Below the pieces are notes generated by a model that searched no databases, was not told where the DNA came from, and saw only the letters and a program-made list of their open reading frames with translations. A stretch of DNA of 51,850 bases, counting the filler, from Sphacelaria rigidula (taxonomy: Eukaryota), in assembly GCA_964200075.2 (NCBI GenBank). It is 4 parts of 4 records of this genome, joined end to end, with 100 filler letters (N's around TTAATTAATTAA, not from the genome) between each part and the next. Parts side by side here need not be neighbours in the genome. Positions count along the whole stretch, not along the records: positions 1 to 12,888 come from CAXNAA020003332.1; 3 more parts are not named here. One strand, written 5' to 3'. Made by a program: the position numbers and the translations under genes. Positions 1-10,786 of this stretch are shown in pieces. Numbering within the stretch: position 1 is the stretch's first letter; each line of letters starts with the position of its first letter.

Positions 1-75
1 GTCTGACACACTTTTGAGCCTCTTTTTTCGTGCAACCAAATACCCCCCCCTCTACCGTAGGATGACTCTTTAACA
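1..75 (+). repeat. 3' end of an LTR-like repeat (ends ...GATGACTCTTTAACA), inverted relative to the copy at 4101-4263
   Basis: 1-70 aligns with the reverse complement of 4101-4170 (gtctgacac...tttttcgtgcaa.caaatacc...gatgactctt) and ends in ACA. Confidence 0.55.
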
Positions 76-593
76 ATTAGTGGACCAAGGGCTGAATCAG
101 CTCCTCCCCGGCATTGGCCTTGCAGCACTGGTGGGTTTGAGGCCAATACTGTTCGTCACGGTCGGAGTCGAGCTCTCACCCAACCTGTTCGTCAGGTTCC
201 TCGCTCTACGGACACCGCGGGCGGAACGTGATTTGCGATTTGCACATATCTGCTCGGGTTCGGTAGAGTTTTACGTTGTTTAGTACTAACATGCCTGCAG
301 GTTTCAATAATCTGGAATCTACGCAAAACAATCATGGTTCCTTCAAATCAGCCTCATAGACTGCGAAGCAGACTTGCGGAATAAGGACAACAAACATCGA
401 ACCCGTTTCAGAGAAAAGTCGGCGATCACGTGTCGCCCAGTGGTGAGAAAACGCTGGCCGCATGGTCTCTAGGTACCCTACGCGCTAAAGCTCGGTTTTG
501 CGCACGAAAAGTCCCTGATAAACATGAAAGTCTTCCCGTTTCGACATGATCTTGTGAGTACGTTTCGACGTCTCCGATAATGTATGTACTCAG

Positions 594-3500
594 GTTGGGC
601 TCTTTTACATCGATACAACTAACTGTAGAATGCGTAGACACCTTCAAAGCAGATGGCTAAGGTACGCGTGCTTCACATGATACCCGTGTTTCTGGGGATG
701 ACTTACATCCTGGCATATGTACCGCGTTCGTGGGAAGCGGAACATCACCCACCAAGGCCCGATTGTCCCGTACGAAGCTTTATTTATGGACTTTCTATCG
801 TGAAACTAAGTTGGTATTCGTGTTCTGAACCCGAATGCACCTGAACAAACGAGGTAAACGGTAAAGGCGTTGTCCGAAATCCTATGAACGTCATCAGATT
901 GGCCCACGAGCTCCTCATCCGCTACGTGAGAGACGAAATGGATCATAGCCCAGCGCTCATCTACACAGAGGATTTTATTCCGCCCAGCAGAGCGGCAGGC
1001 ACGCCGCGGCAAGCCACGAACATCGCAGAACTCCACTCGCAGGTGAGTGAAGCTTCGAGACCCACAAGAACGCGACGAGCATTGGGGACATTTGTCCATG
1101 TAGTACTATGTCGATAATCGTATCAGGATCATTCAAATGATTGTTGATCAGGTGACGGCGCAGCAACAACAGCCCCATGCTGTATGCCCAGACGGACTCT
1201 GCCCTTCTGCAGCATGTCTTCTGTAGACGAAGATGATGTGTTTTACGTCTGTACCATTATAACCATCCACAAGGGGGAAGATAGATGCAGTGACGAGTAG
1301 GGAGGAAGAGAATAGAGGCGTGTATTGAGCACCACTCTATCACGAATGCCCCCGAATCATGATCGCCAGTCCGCTCATGAGCGACAAATTGGGATCAACT
1401 TATGAGTCAAATATCAATAATTACACTCAGTTTCAGAACCAGAAACATTTTCTCGTTGACCGACCGACCACAAGGAAGGACCCTACGGAACAATATTCCT
1501 GGAATACTGTATATCTCGCAATTCTTCGTAATTCCCCGCTGACAAAGGCTGACCCATGCCTGTCGATGAGCTGTATCAAACTCCCTCACGAGTGTATCAA
1601 GAAAAACCTAGCATTGGCCTGATTGTTGTCAGGAAACTGCAGTAGATCAGAAATCCTACTACCATCCCCTGCCCCAAAAAATAGTGTCCACCGGAAGAAA
1701 GACATGCAGAACTGTAGCCCCCCCCCTAAAGGAAATCGCGGTGTCGTTGGAAACTCTCCTTGCCAATGGCTTGCGTGAAAACATCTGCGGGCTGATGTTC
1801 TGCTCGAAAATACTTTACAGAGACGTCACCGCAGGAATCCTATCCTCTGAGAAACTGCTCACGTACGTCAATGTGCTTGCTGTTGGACGAGCTCAAGGGG
1901 TTTACAGGAAAAACTATCGTGCTCTTGTTGTCCTCGAACACACCATGGCTCATCGGTCTCAATTCGGGCACCAAAAACACCAGTATGTCCTTCACATATG
2001 GGGCTTCCTTGAACCTACTTTCTATCGCTAAATATATACATATATATGACTCAGTGGTCGTAGAGTGACGCACTTCTGCGTCCTAGAGAACCTAGACACT
2101 AGCGTACCTCCGCGGTAAGTGGCTACACCAGAAATGGAACGTCGGTCCGCAGCCTTATGGGCGTAATCCGCGTCTACGTACATATCCAAGTCAAATTCCA
2201 ACTCTATCGACCCCAAGTCACCACCTTTCTTCAACAGTAAACGTGAAGCCGACGTGGCATACAGATACTGGAGTATCTTCTGTGCCGCCTGGTGGTGAAT
2301 CGGCTTGGAGTAATGCAAAAGTTCGAACTGTATTTGCGATATCGGGCGTCGTTTGATTTGAATTAATACCAGGTTCCCCGCGATCTCACATGAAAAGGGA
2401 CATCCACCACGGTCTCCTTCTCGCGTGCATGCCTGAGGTCTAAAGAAGCGGTAGCGGGGATGGGGCTCGGCTTCACGAACGAACTGCATATGTGAAATTT
2501 TCCAAATTACTCTTCTCCCGATCTCTTTCGTACCCACTGCCCATGTACTACTCTACCTTCCCGAGACGTTGGTGATGAATATATGGCTGACGGCACTGAC
2601 GTCTGCTGCAGTCACCTCAGTAGGTGCAATCTTGAGGTCGTCCACATCAAAGGCCACTATGACTACAATATCACCAGCAACTATCAATCGAAGCACAGAG
2701 GGATCTAGCAAGCATTGATCGAAGCCACACTCTATCGGGGGTTGACGCAACAGCTGATATCACGCTCAACCACTCTGCTCGGCCGTATAGGGGGTTTATG
2801 AGATGAACTATCTTACTAGATACCGATCCACGATCGAAGGGGCAGGCGCACGGTAATATCGGCGTCTAACGCCGACTGAAGAAACGTCTGGTCAACATTT
2901 ATGTGCCTAGATTCCAGTCTAGCTGACATGCCACAGCCGCCACTTACCTGTTTGGAGTAGCAAAGACCGTAGGGGCAAACGTCTCCAAAACAGTTTTCTT
3001 TTCCTTCTAATTAACTGCACCCCCCAATGCTCCGCCAACAGTCCATGGATGGGTTTGTTTCCTCCATCAGACTCAAGCAGAGTCGCAAGGCCAGCTGCTC
3101 CTTGATCGAGTGCTCGCGTCTGCGCTCTGTTTCGCCAAGGTTTCTCGCCATTTCTAGATCCAGCCAGATGCTACTCAAGTTCACGCGCCGCAATCCACCC
3201 CACCGTCGGAAATAGACTACTTCCCATGGAGAGGACTTGCTCCCCTCCACTTAGAGTTTGTCGTTGGCAGACGGCTCGATGCTCACCGACGAGAAATAAC
3301 ACGTGACGGAGCAGTTATGGTGCTGGGGGCCGGCAGGATTGCATTGCCAATACAACCCCACTCACATTCACTACGGCCTGCATTCTTCCCCGGGGATGTC
3401 ACTCGACGCTGATGGGAGCGTCCCCGCCACAGCAGCGGCAATAGGGTCGGTTTTGGCAAAATTGAAAACATCTAGCCACTCGGCTATGTAGCCTCTCCCG

Positions 3501-6500
3501 GATTCGATTCCCCTCGTGTATGTGACATCCCTCCCAGCTCCGGCGCCCCTCCCCGCTCCGGCGATGCCGGCTGCTGCAGGTACACCAGCGGCACCACCGT
3601 AGCCAGTGGTGCCTCCCAGGTGAAGTCCTTTGTCTCCACTGCCCGCGCCAGCATCCGCATCGCATATCGGGGGTGGTCGGTGCCGGGCCCGAGGTAAAAG
3701 CTATTCTCGCACTTGGGAAACGACTTTGACGGGCGGCTCCAGCGGCAATAATATGGACGAAAAAACGGGTGCGGTATTGCAGATATTGACTTACCGTACA
3801 GCATCTCGTGTGGCGACTTGTTTCGTCGGTCGGACGTCGTCGCGGTGTGATTGAGGGCTTCACAAGCCCAATGTTCTTCCGTAACCTAGACGGTCAACGG
3901 CGGTAGAAGAGTCATGCCGCGGTAGGGTTGCACAAAACATTTCTTGGGCTTGAATTACTAGGAACCTTTCTCTTATCAACAAAACGACTTGAGGCAAGCG
4001 TGGGAGTACGTCGCGATGAGAATGGATATCTCCGATGAATTCAAAATAGGAATGTCCTGACTCATATATTCTTCTGAAGCTCCGAACTTGCGCAGCTCCT
4101 AAGAGTCATCATTCGATGGGGGGGAGGGTATTTGATTGCACGAAAAAAAGAGCTTGTAGGCGTGTCAGACGACCTGCCACACTCGCGATACGTTGTATTT
4201 GGATAAAACGGTGTCAAGTAGTGCGAATGAGCATTATATATCTATAACAAACTCGTTTGAACAACTGTTGCTGCTTTCAACGACGATTTGGCTTGGAATT
4301 TCGTGCTAGAAGTGCCCCTCCCCCCCCCATTGTAGGATGGCTCTTGAATGGGAAACGTCTGGGCCGAAATGCGCGACCCCTACCGTGACATGGCTCGGCA
4401 ATTCAAGATGTGAAACGAGGAGGGGGGTTCGAATGCGAGGCGCAAGTGCGGCGATTTGAGTGATACCTAGAGCTTCCTCGGCTGCGCCGCTCAGTTCCGA
4501 ACACTTTGTGCCAGTGAATTCCTGTTATATAAAGTACTGTCTGCACACGTTCCCGGAATTCCCACCAAAACCTTCTCCTCCGTCGCCAGACCTTACCACC
4601 ATTACCTCCAACGGTACATTTTCTGCACGTACATCAGCCAGAGCTCTCTCGAAGGCATCAGAGGCACCGGACGTTTCGCTTACCACGATAAGAGGAGTGT
4701 AATACGTGAGAGGACTGCGTGCTTAGAGGACCGCGCCGTAATTCAAAACACCTCAGGAACGTTTTTCAAAATCCATCGGGCCAGTCCCTGCAGGTACCAC
4801 GCCCCTAACCCTAACCCTAACCCTAACCATAGGGATGTTCGAATTCCGATGCGGTTCTCTAAGCACGCGGTCCTCTCACGCATTACAGGAGCCCTTACTC
4901 TTGGGAACACCATGCCGTGATCGACCTTTTTAACCCGATTAAGCCCGGCCAAGTAGTAGAGTACCACAACCCGTTGATGATGGTATGTGAAACAATTGCC
5001 CTGATCTCGTCATCGACTGACTTTGAACAGATCACTGAATTAACTTTCAGGGGTTTTGTGGGATCTATGAACTGCACACAGCATGCTGTTCCCCCGGCGA
5101 GTGAGGGCTTCGAACTTCTTCCGGGTTGCATATATTGTGTAGTCCATCATCTAGGCTGGCTATTATAAACTGAACAGACTAAAGTACGATCCCAGCTGTG
5201 AAAAAACGTTACGTTATTTATTATACGAATATTGTCATGCACTTTTTCACAGCATTGAGCGGACAAAAACAAAGGGCGAAGCAAGGCGGGACAATACATG
5301 AAGAGAAAATTAAATGCCACAGAGACAAAGGGATCACGAGTGGACACTTTGCTACACCTCGGGAATACCTCATCAAGGTAGAGACCGTGTGGCGACCCCG
5401 TCGCGAGTCTCTACAAGGTATTGAACCCTGTGACAACCGTATGTCGACTATCAACAAGGTATAGAACCCTGTGTCGACCCTGTGGCGATCCTCTACAAGG
5501 TACTGCCTTCTGTACCCCGCGGCGAGAGCAATGTGTCCACCTGTGGAGCGGGAGAAAAAGGGAAAACAAGAACATATGAAGCTCAAATACATCGCAGAAT
5601 ATATACAGGATCATAGCCAGACAACATCGCTAAGGATACAGGCCAACGCGTCAATTCGACAATGGACACAAGGCACGACAGAGGTGCTCAAGTTTCCGTC
5701 TTATCCCCGCCTCTCCACCTCATCCTTCGTCGAGTATATCGCGGGTCACTCTGACAACCGCTTCCATCCTGGATTCCTCGCAACCTGTGGCTGGTATGTT
5801 GTTGTGTCTGCTGTGTGGTGTCTCTCCGTTTGGCAACTCTCAACGTAACAGTCTCTGTCCTTTCGGCGTCGGTGGAATTAACTTATACTTTCCATTACCA
5901 TACCTCCTCGAATTCCTCGGTCGCTTTGTCGACCCCCGGGTGCATTTTGCCCACGTTCTTCGCGGCTGTGACCCATTCTTGTGGATCTTCGACATTCATA
6001 CTTTAGACGAGGCATTCACTTTGTTCTCTCCTTTATGTGGGCCGGCGCATGGTGCATTCAGATTCTCCTGAATGAAGTTTCCACAGTATTTGGGAGATCG
6101 GCCAGCTTCTTCGACCCCTTGTGGGGCAAAGTCGTCCGAACATTGTAATGCGTGAGAAGATCGCGTGCTTAGAGGACCGCATGGGAATTTGAACATCCCC
6201 ATGGTTAGGGTTAGGATCAGGGTTAGTGTTAGGGCTATCGTCAGGGGCGCGGTACCTGCAGGGACTGGCCCGATTGGTTTCGAAAAACGTCGATCCTGAG
6301 GTGTTTTGAACTGTGGCGTGGTCCTCGAAGCACGCAGTCCTCACGCATTACAACATAATGTGCTGTGGAAGACATGTTATGCAGAACGGCGTCAAATTTT
6401 GTGCTATACTGAAACCAGCCATTCTCTTGTAATCCACCAACAATGCTTCCATTAGCGTGTTCTTGATCCAAAATCCCTCAAATGTATGCAAGATAATTTT

Positions 6501-9395
6501 GCGGGACTGAAATAAGGCGACTACGAAAGGTAAGAACACTGAATCCCACACATTGGGGATGGATCTTTTATTGGGGATGAGAAACCCGCAGAATTAAAAT
6601 CTTCGTATTCACACCAAATCTTCGAAACATGGCTCCATTTCTTCACCTACTGATAGCTATTGGCAACTTCTACACGCCTACACGCCATAGAAATTTCGAT
6701 TTCGATCACCAAAATGTTTGGGTCTTGGGTGAAAAACCAATTTCGGACTCATTCTGGCGTCCGTTCGGACACCCGCGGGAATTCCCCAAAATTGGTTTCT
6801 CACCCAAGACCCCAAAATTGCGGTGATCGAAATCCAAATTTCTATGGCGTGTAGCAGTGGTCAATAGCTATCAGTAAGTGAGGAAATGGACCCATATTTC
6901 GTAGATGTGGTGTGGATACGAAGATTTTAATTATCTGGGTTTCTCATCCCCAATAAAAGATCTTTCCCCCATTGGTAAGATCCCGTGTTTAAGTGCTTCA
7001 CTCAAGCAACAATAGGGCCAAGATAGTTGTGAAGCCCTTGCGAAATCTCATGTGTACCGCCTCGAGATGAACGCATCGGCGAGGGCTCACACGTTCGCAG
7101 TAGTACGCACTTTTGACACTTACCTTTTTTTTTATGCTATTTTTTATCATGTTCGTGAACAAATAGCTGGTCACCATTTTCGAATGAGCTCAGCACTCAC
7201 AGAAAAGCTACTATTCCTGAGGAGAGCCGTGCTACGGCAGGGATGCATAAATTGTTTTCAGGCATGGAGTTCGCTACAACAGATTCTCGTGCAATCGCAC
7301 CGGTAGTGCAGTGAGGACAAAATTGCGGCTTAACATGAGGTGATCCTCTCGAATGCAAACACTACGAAATGTTGTAATGCGTGAGAGGACCGCGTGCTCA
7401 GAGTACCGCATCTGGATTCGAACATACCTATGGTCAGGGTTAGGATTAGTGTTGGGGTTAGGGTCAGGGGCGTGGTTCCTGCAGGGACTGGCCCGATTGG
7501 TTCCGAAAAACGTTGATCCTGGGGTGGTTTAGACTACGGCACGGTCCTTTAAGCACGCGGTCCTTTTACGCATTACAATGTGGAAAATGCCGTTGTTTTG
7601 TGTCACGTCGCTAAAACGCCTCAAACAAGGTGTGGCCAACAAACGTCACCCCATCGTATATCACGACTCAAGGGGTAACTTATTATGATGTCGCTCAATT
7701 CACAGGTCACAAAGAGATATGATGTGCCAATGGTTTCGTTTCGACATGCCGTTTGGCCGGTCGCAAGCGATGGAGCACTGGCGGATAAGCTTTGGGGCGC
7801 AGATGCTCATCCGGCGTGGGAGGTACACCAACTGCTGGCGGACGTTCTTGTCTACTATCTGCAAGCCGTGTACGGCAGATTTTGCGAAATGTACGGCACA
7901 TGGTCTGAGCCAAGCGTGTCTGAGGTACGTAGTTAGCCCCGGAATTACAGTAAGGAATAATCTCATTTTGTCGGATCGCTACCGAGAAACCTGTACCGAT
8001 TCCTTGACCAACTGTCGAATCAACCTTCATCTCGTACCTTGTGGTTTGCGCGTACCATATAGTGTGCGGGAGAACAATTGCGAATCGATTAGCGACTGAG
8101 ATGTGTACTTCGCATTTCACCTAGCTTAGTTAGGCGAGAAACTAGCTCACGCAGCCTGCCGCGAACACTTGAAATTCCGTGGCCTCCAAACCCACCTGGC
8201 AGTACAGCGGATTTCGTGGAAGTAGTTCTCGTCGACCGAAGACACTGGTGGTCACAGGGGTATCTTGAAGCACGTTGCAATGCGTGAGAGGACCGCGGGC
8301 TTAGTGGACAGCATCGTAGTTGGAAGCACTTTAGAATCGATATTTTTCAAAACCAATCGGGCCAGTCCCTGCAGGTACCACGCCCCTGATCTCAACCCCA
8401 ACACTAACCCTAACCATAGGGATGTTCAAACTCCGATGGCATCCTCTAAGCACGCGGTCGCCTCACGCATTGCACACGCTCCCACATCCGCTCGTCCCGA
8501 CTTTTAGAGGTCAACGGATGTCTCTGTAAGAGCTACCTACCTGCGGCCGTCTGCTCGTTCTTCTTATCAATAGTGCTTCGTGAAGGAACAAAGTGGTGAT
8601 CAGCCACTACTGGAGCCCATTCCGGTTGGGATCGTGTGTTTTTCGTGTCTTCATCCGGAAACGTGATAATTCTACGTTGGTCCGTGTAATGCGTGAGAGG
8701 ACCGCGTGCTTAAAGGACCGCATCGGCATTTGAACACCCCTATGGTTAGGGTTAGGGTTAGGGTTAGGGTTAGTGTTGGGGTTAGGGTCAGGGGTGTGGT
8801 ACCTGCAGGGACTGACCCGATTGGTTTTGGAAAATGTCGATCCTGAGATGTTTTGAACTACGGCGCGGTCCTATAAGCACGCGGTCCTCTCACGCATTAC
8901 AGTCCGTACCGTCTGATTTGCCGGAACATTGCCAAGTAATCGACAAGTGTTTACCCTCCTCATGATTTCAATGGTTCTGACACAACAGGGTAAGTTGCAC
9001 ATCGTGAATGGCGTGGGGATACTCTGTTACTATGATTGTCTAGGATTTTGTGATGCGCCCTACTTTGCGCCGTTACGAAGGAGCTCGCGGCTCTTGGTCG
9101 CGCCTCATCTTTGCTGTATTGACAGGGGCCAAACGCTACATCATTCACCCACTCCCAAACCCAATATCTCTGAGCGTTTGAAGCGAACGTTTCGGAAAAC
9201 TGACATGGCATGCAGGTTGAAATAAGCGAGTTTGAGGAGCGGCTAGGCTGCTTTGACACCCCCCGAGTATTTCGAATGATAACGTCGGAGTGGCGACATA
9301 ATCCTCCACCAGAGCTCGTGGATGCGTCTGGGTGGGCGTTCATAAAAGACACTCATGGGGATCCAGGACTGATCGGCTTTGGCAACGCCTCGCAG
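594..9395 (+). CDS. Partial multi-exon gene, putative SGNH/GDSL-like hydrolase or acyltransferase; exons 594-661, 898-1042, 7706-7924, 9216-9395
   Basis: All exons have AG/GT boundaries and matching phases (2,0,0). The joined peptide is VGLFYIDTTNC...RLAHELLIRYVRDEMDHSPALIY...VTKRYDVPMVSFRHAVWP...GADAHPAWEVHQLLADVL...GWAFIKDTHGDPGLIG. The HP..H..LAD segment resembles SGNH block V. 5' and 3' exons were not identified, and exon 594-661 is the least certain. Confidence 0.6.
2050..4263 (-). mobile_element. Degenerate Ty1/Copia LTR retrotransposon remnant (post-integrase region, RT, RNase H) in intron, with LTR-like segment 4263-4101
   Basis: Minus-strand fragments: FYLGPGTDHPRYAMRML (~3700), ETFAPT...NVDQTFL (~2990-2880), GFDQCLLDPSV...FDVDDL (degenerate YVDD, 2553-2750), YVDADYAHKAADRRSISG...SRTQKCVTL (RNase H, ~2060-2190). 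Frameshifts and stops are present. The LTR-like stretch starts TGTTCAAAC at 4263. Confidence 0.85.
4698..4887. mobile_element. Telomere-repeat MITE copy 1
   Basis: ~37-bp TIR TGTAAT.CGTGAGAGGAC.GCGTGCTTAGAGGACCGC; internal (CCCTAA)n; TSD GGAG/GGAG. Confidence 0.92.
5335..5545. mobile_element. Small CAC...GTG MITE with internal ~41-bp tandem repeats
   Basis: Imperfect 20-bp TIR (cacgagtggacactttgcta vs cacaggtggacacattgctc); three degenerate units starting CAAGGTA from 5374. Confidence 0.55.
6144..6352. mobile_element. Telomere-repeat MITE copy 2
   Basis: Same TIRs; internal ggttagggttaggatcagggttag; TSD ACAT/ACAT. Confidence 0.92.
6535..6989. mobile_element. Foldback-type MITE copy A (long inverted arms)
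   Basis: Ends AACAC...GTGTT; long inverted arms (ttattggggatgagaaaccc / gggtttctcatccccaataa); flanked by TAAG/TAAG. Confidence 0.85.
7373..7577. mobile_element. Telomere-repeat MITE copy 3
   Basis: Same TIRs; internal TTAGGG variants; TSD ATGT/ATGT. Confidence 0.92.
8276..8474. mobile_element. Telomere-repeat MITE copy 4 (TGCA...TGCA variant ends)
   Basis: TIRs TGCAATGCGTGAGAGG / CCTCACGCATTGCA; internal ctaaccctaacc; flanks CACGT/CACGC. Confidence 0.88.
8685..8901. mobile_element. Telomere-repeat MITE copy 5
   Basis: Same TIRs; four perfect TTAGGG units; TSD GTCCG/GTCCG. Confidence 0.93.
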
Positions 9396-9429
9396 GTACG
9401 TTTTTAACTCCATGACACTACACGCTAAC

Positions 9430-9839
9430 AACACGGGATCTTACCAATCGGGGATAGATCTTCTATTGGGGATGAGAAACCCAGATAATTAAAATATTCT
9501 TATCAAGACCAAAAATTCGAAATATGGTTCCATTTCTTCACTTACTGATAGCTATTGACAACTGCTACATGCCATAGAAATTTGGATTTCGATCACCGAA
9601 ATTTTGGGGTCCGAACGGACGCCAGGATGATTCCCAATTGGGTTTTTCACCCAAGACCCAAACACTTTGGTGATCGAAATCCAAATTTCTATGGCGTGTA
9701 GCACTTGTCAATAGCTATCAGTAGGTGAAGAAATGGAGCCATATTTCGAAGATTTGGTGTGGATACGAAGATTTTAATTCGGCGGGCTTCTCATCCCCAA
9801 TAAAAGATCCATCCCCAATTATTTGTAGGATCCCGTGTT
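9430..9839. mobile_element. Foldback-type MITE copy B (opposite orientation to copy A)
   Basis: aacacgggatc...gatcccgtgtt; homologous to 6535-6989; flanks TAAC/TAAT. Confidence 0.85.
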
Positions 9840-9879
9840 TAATGCCCACATCACAGTGTAGGTATCAGTTCGTGAGGTG

Positions 9880-10090
9880 TGTAATGCGTGAGAGGACCGC
9901 GTGCTTAGAGGGCCGCATCTAAATTTGAACATCCCTATGGTTGGGGTTAGGGTCAGAGTTAGTGCTGGGGTTAGGGTCAGTGGCGTGGTTCCTGCAGGGA
10001 CTGGCCCGATTGGTTTCGAAAAACGTTGATCCTGGGGTGTTTTGGACTACGGCGTGGTCCTCTAAGCGCGTAGTCCTCTCAAGCATTACA
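9880..10090. mobile_element. Telomere-repeat MITE copy 6
   Basis: Same TIRs; TSD AGGTG/AGGTG. Confidence 0.92.
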
Positions 10091-10293
10091 AGGTGTGCAG
10101 TGTCCAATAGTGAAATAGTGATGTCATGAGGGCTATGTTGAGTCTTGTCGGAGGCAGATGTATCTATCGCCGCGTATCAACTACGAGATGACGATTTGCG
10201 CCCACTTGTTCTATGTCGCGCCTCTGCTTCGATATTCGGTTTGTGACACACGTTGCATGAGTAAGCAAGCCACGTTGAACAGCCCTACTACGG

Positions 10294-10516
10294 TGTAGTG
10301 CGTGAGAGGACCGCGTGCTTAGAGGACCGCATCGGCGTTTGAATATCCGTATGGTCAAGGTAAGGGTTAGGGTTAGGGTTAGGGTTAGTGTTGGGGTTGG
10401 GGTCAGGGGCGTGGTCCCTGCAGGGACTGGCCCAATTGGTTTCGAAAAACGTTGATCCTGAGGTATTTCGAACTACAATGCGGTCCTCTAAGCACGCGGT
10501 CCTCTCACACATCACA
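10294..10516. mobile_element. Telomere-repeat MITE copy 7
   Basis: TIRs slightly diverged (TGTAGTG.../...CATCACA); longest TTAGGG-type tract; flanks ACGG/GCGG. Confidence 0.88.
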
Positions 10517-10530
10517 GCGGGGTCACCATT

Positions 10531-10786
10531 TGAGTGATGCTGAGATAGGGGTTGCACTTTTTTAGAGAAAACATTCCTCGGGGTGTTGAACGGGTCATTC
10601 TGAGAATCGGCATCATTTTTACTTGAACAAGACTGAAAATGATGTCGATTCACGAAAAGACCCCTGCGTGCATCTCCATATCCGATCCCCGGAGATTTGG
10701 GTTGCACAGTAAGCCCAATATATTTGGGCTCCTACCGAAAAGAAACCCAGAAACACAAAGTGCAACCCCTATCGTAGCATAGCTCA
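10531..10786. mobile_element. Small MITE with ~30-bp TIRs
   Basis: tgagtgatgctgagataggggttgcacttt vs reverse complement of aaagtgcaacccctatcgtagcatagctca; no clear TSD. Confidence 0.65.

Noticed and set aside
8744-8795. True telomere or chromosome end
   Set aside because: The TTAGGG tracts are short, internal and always embedded in the MITE.
4698-10516. CRISPR-like or regularly spaced repeat array
   Set aside because: Spacing is irregular, orientations are mixed, units have TIRs and TSDs, the context is eukaryotic and there are no cas genes.
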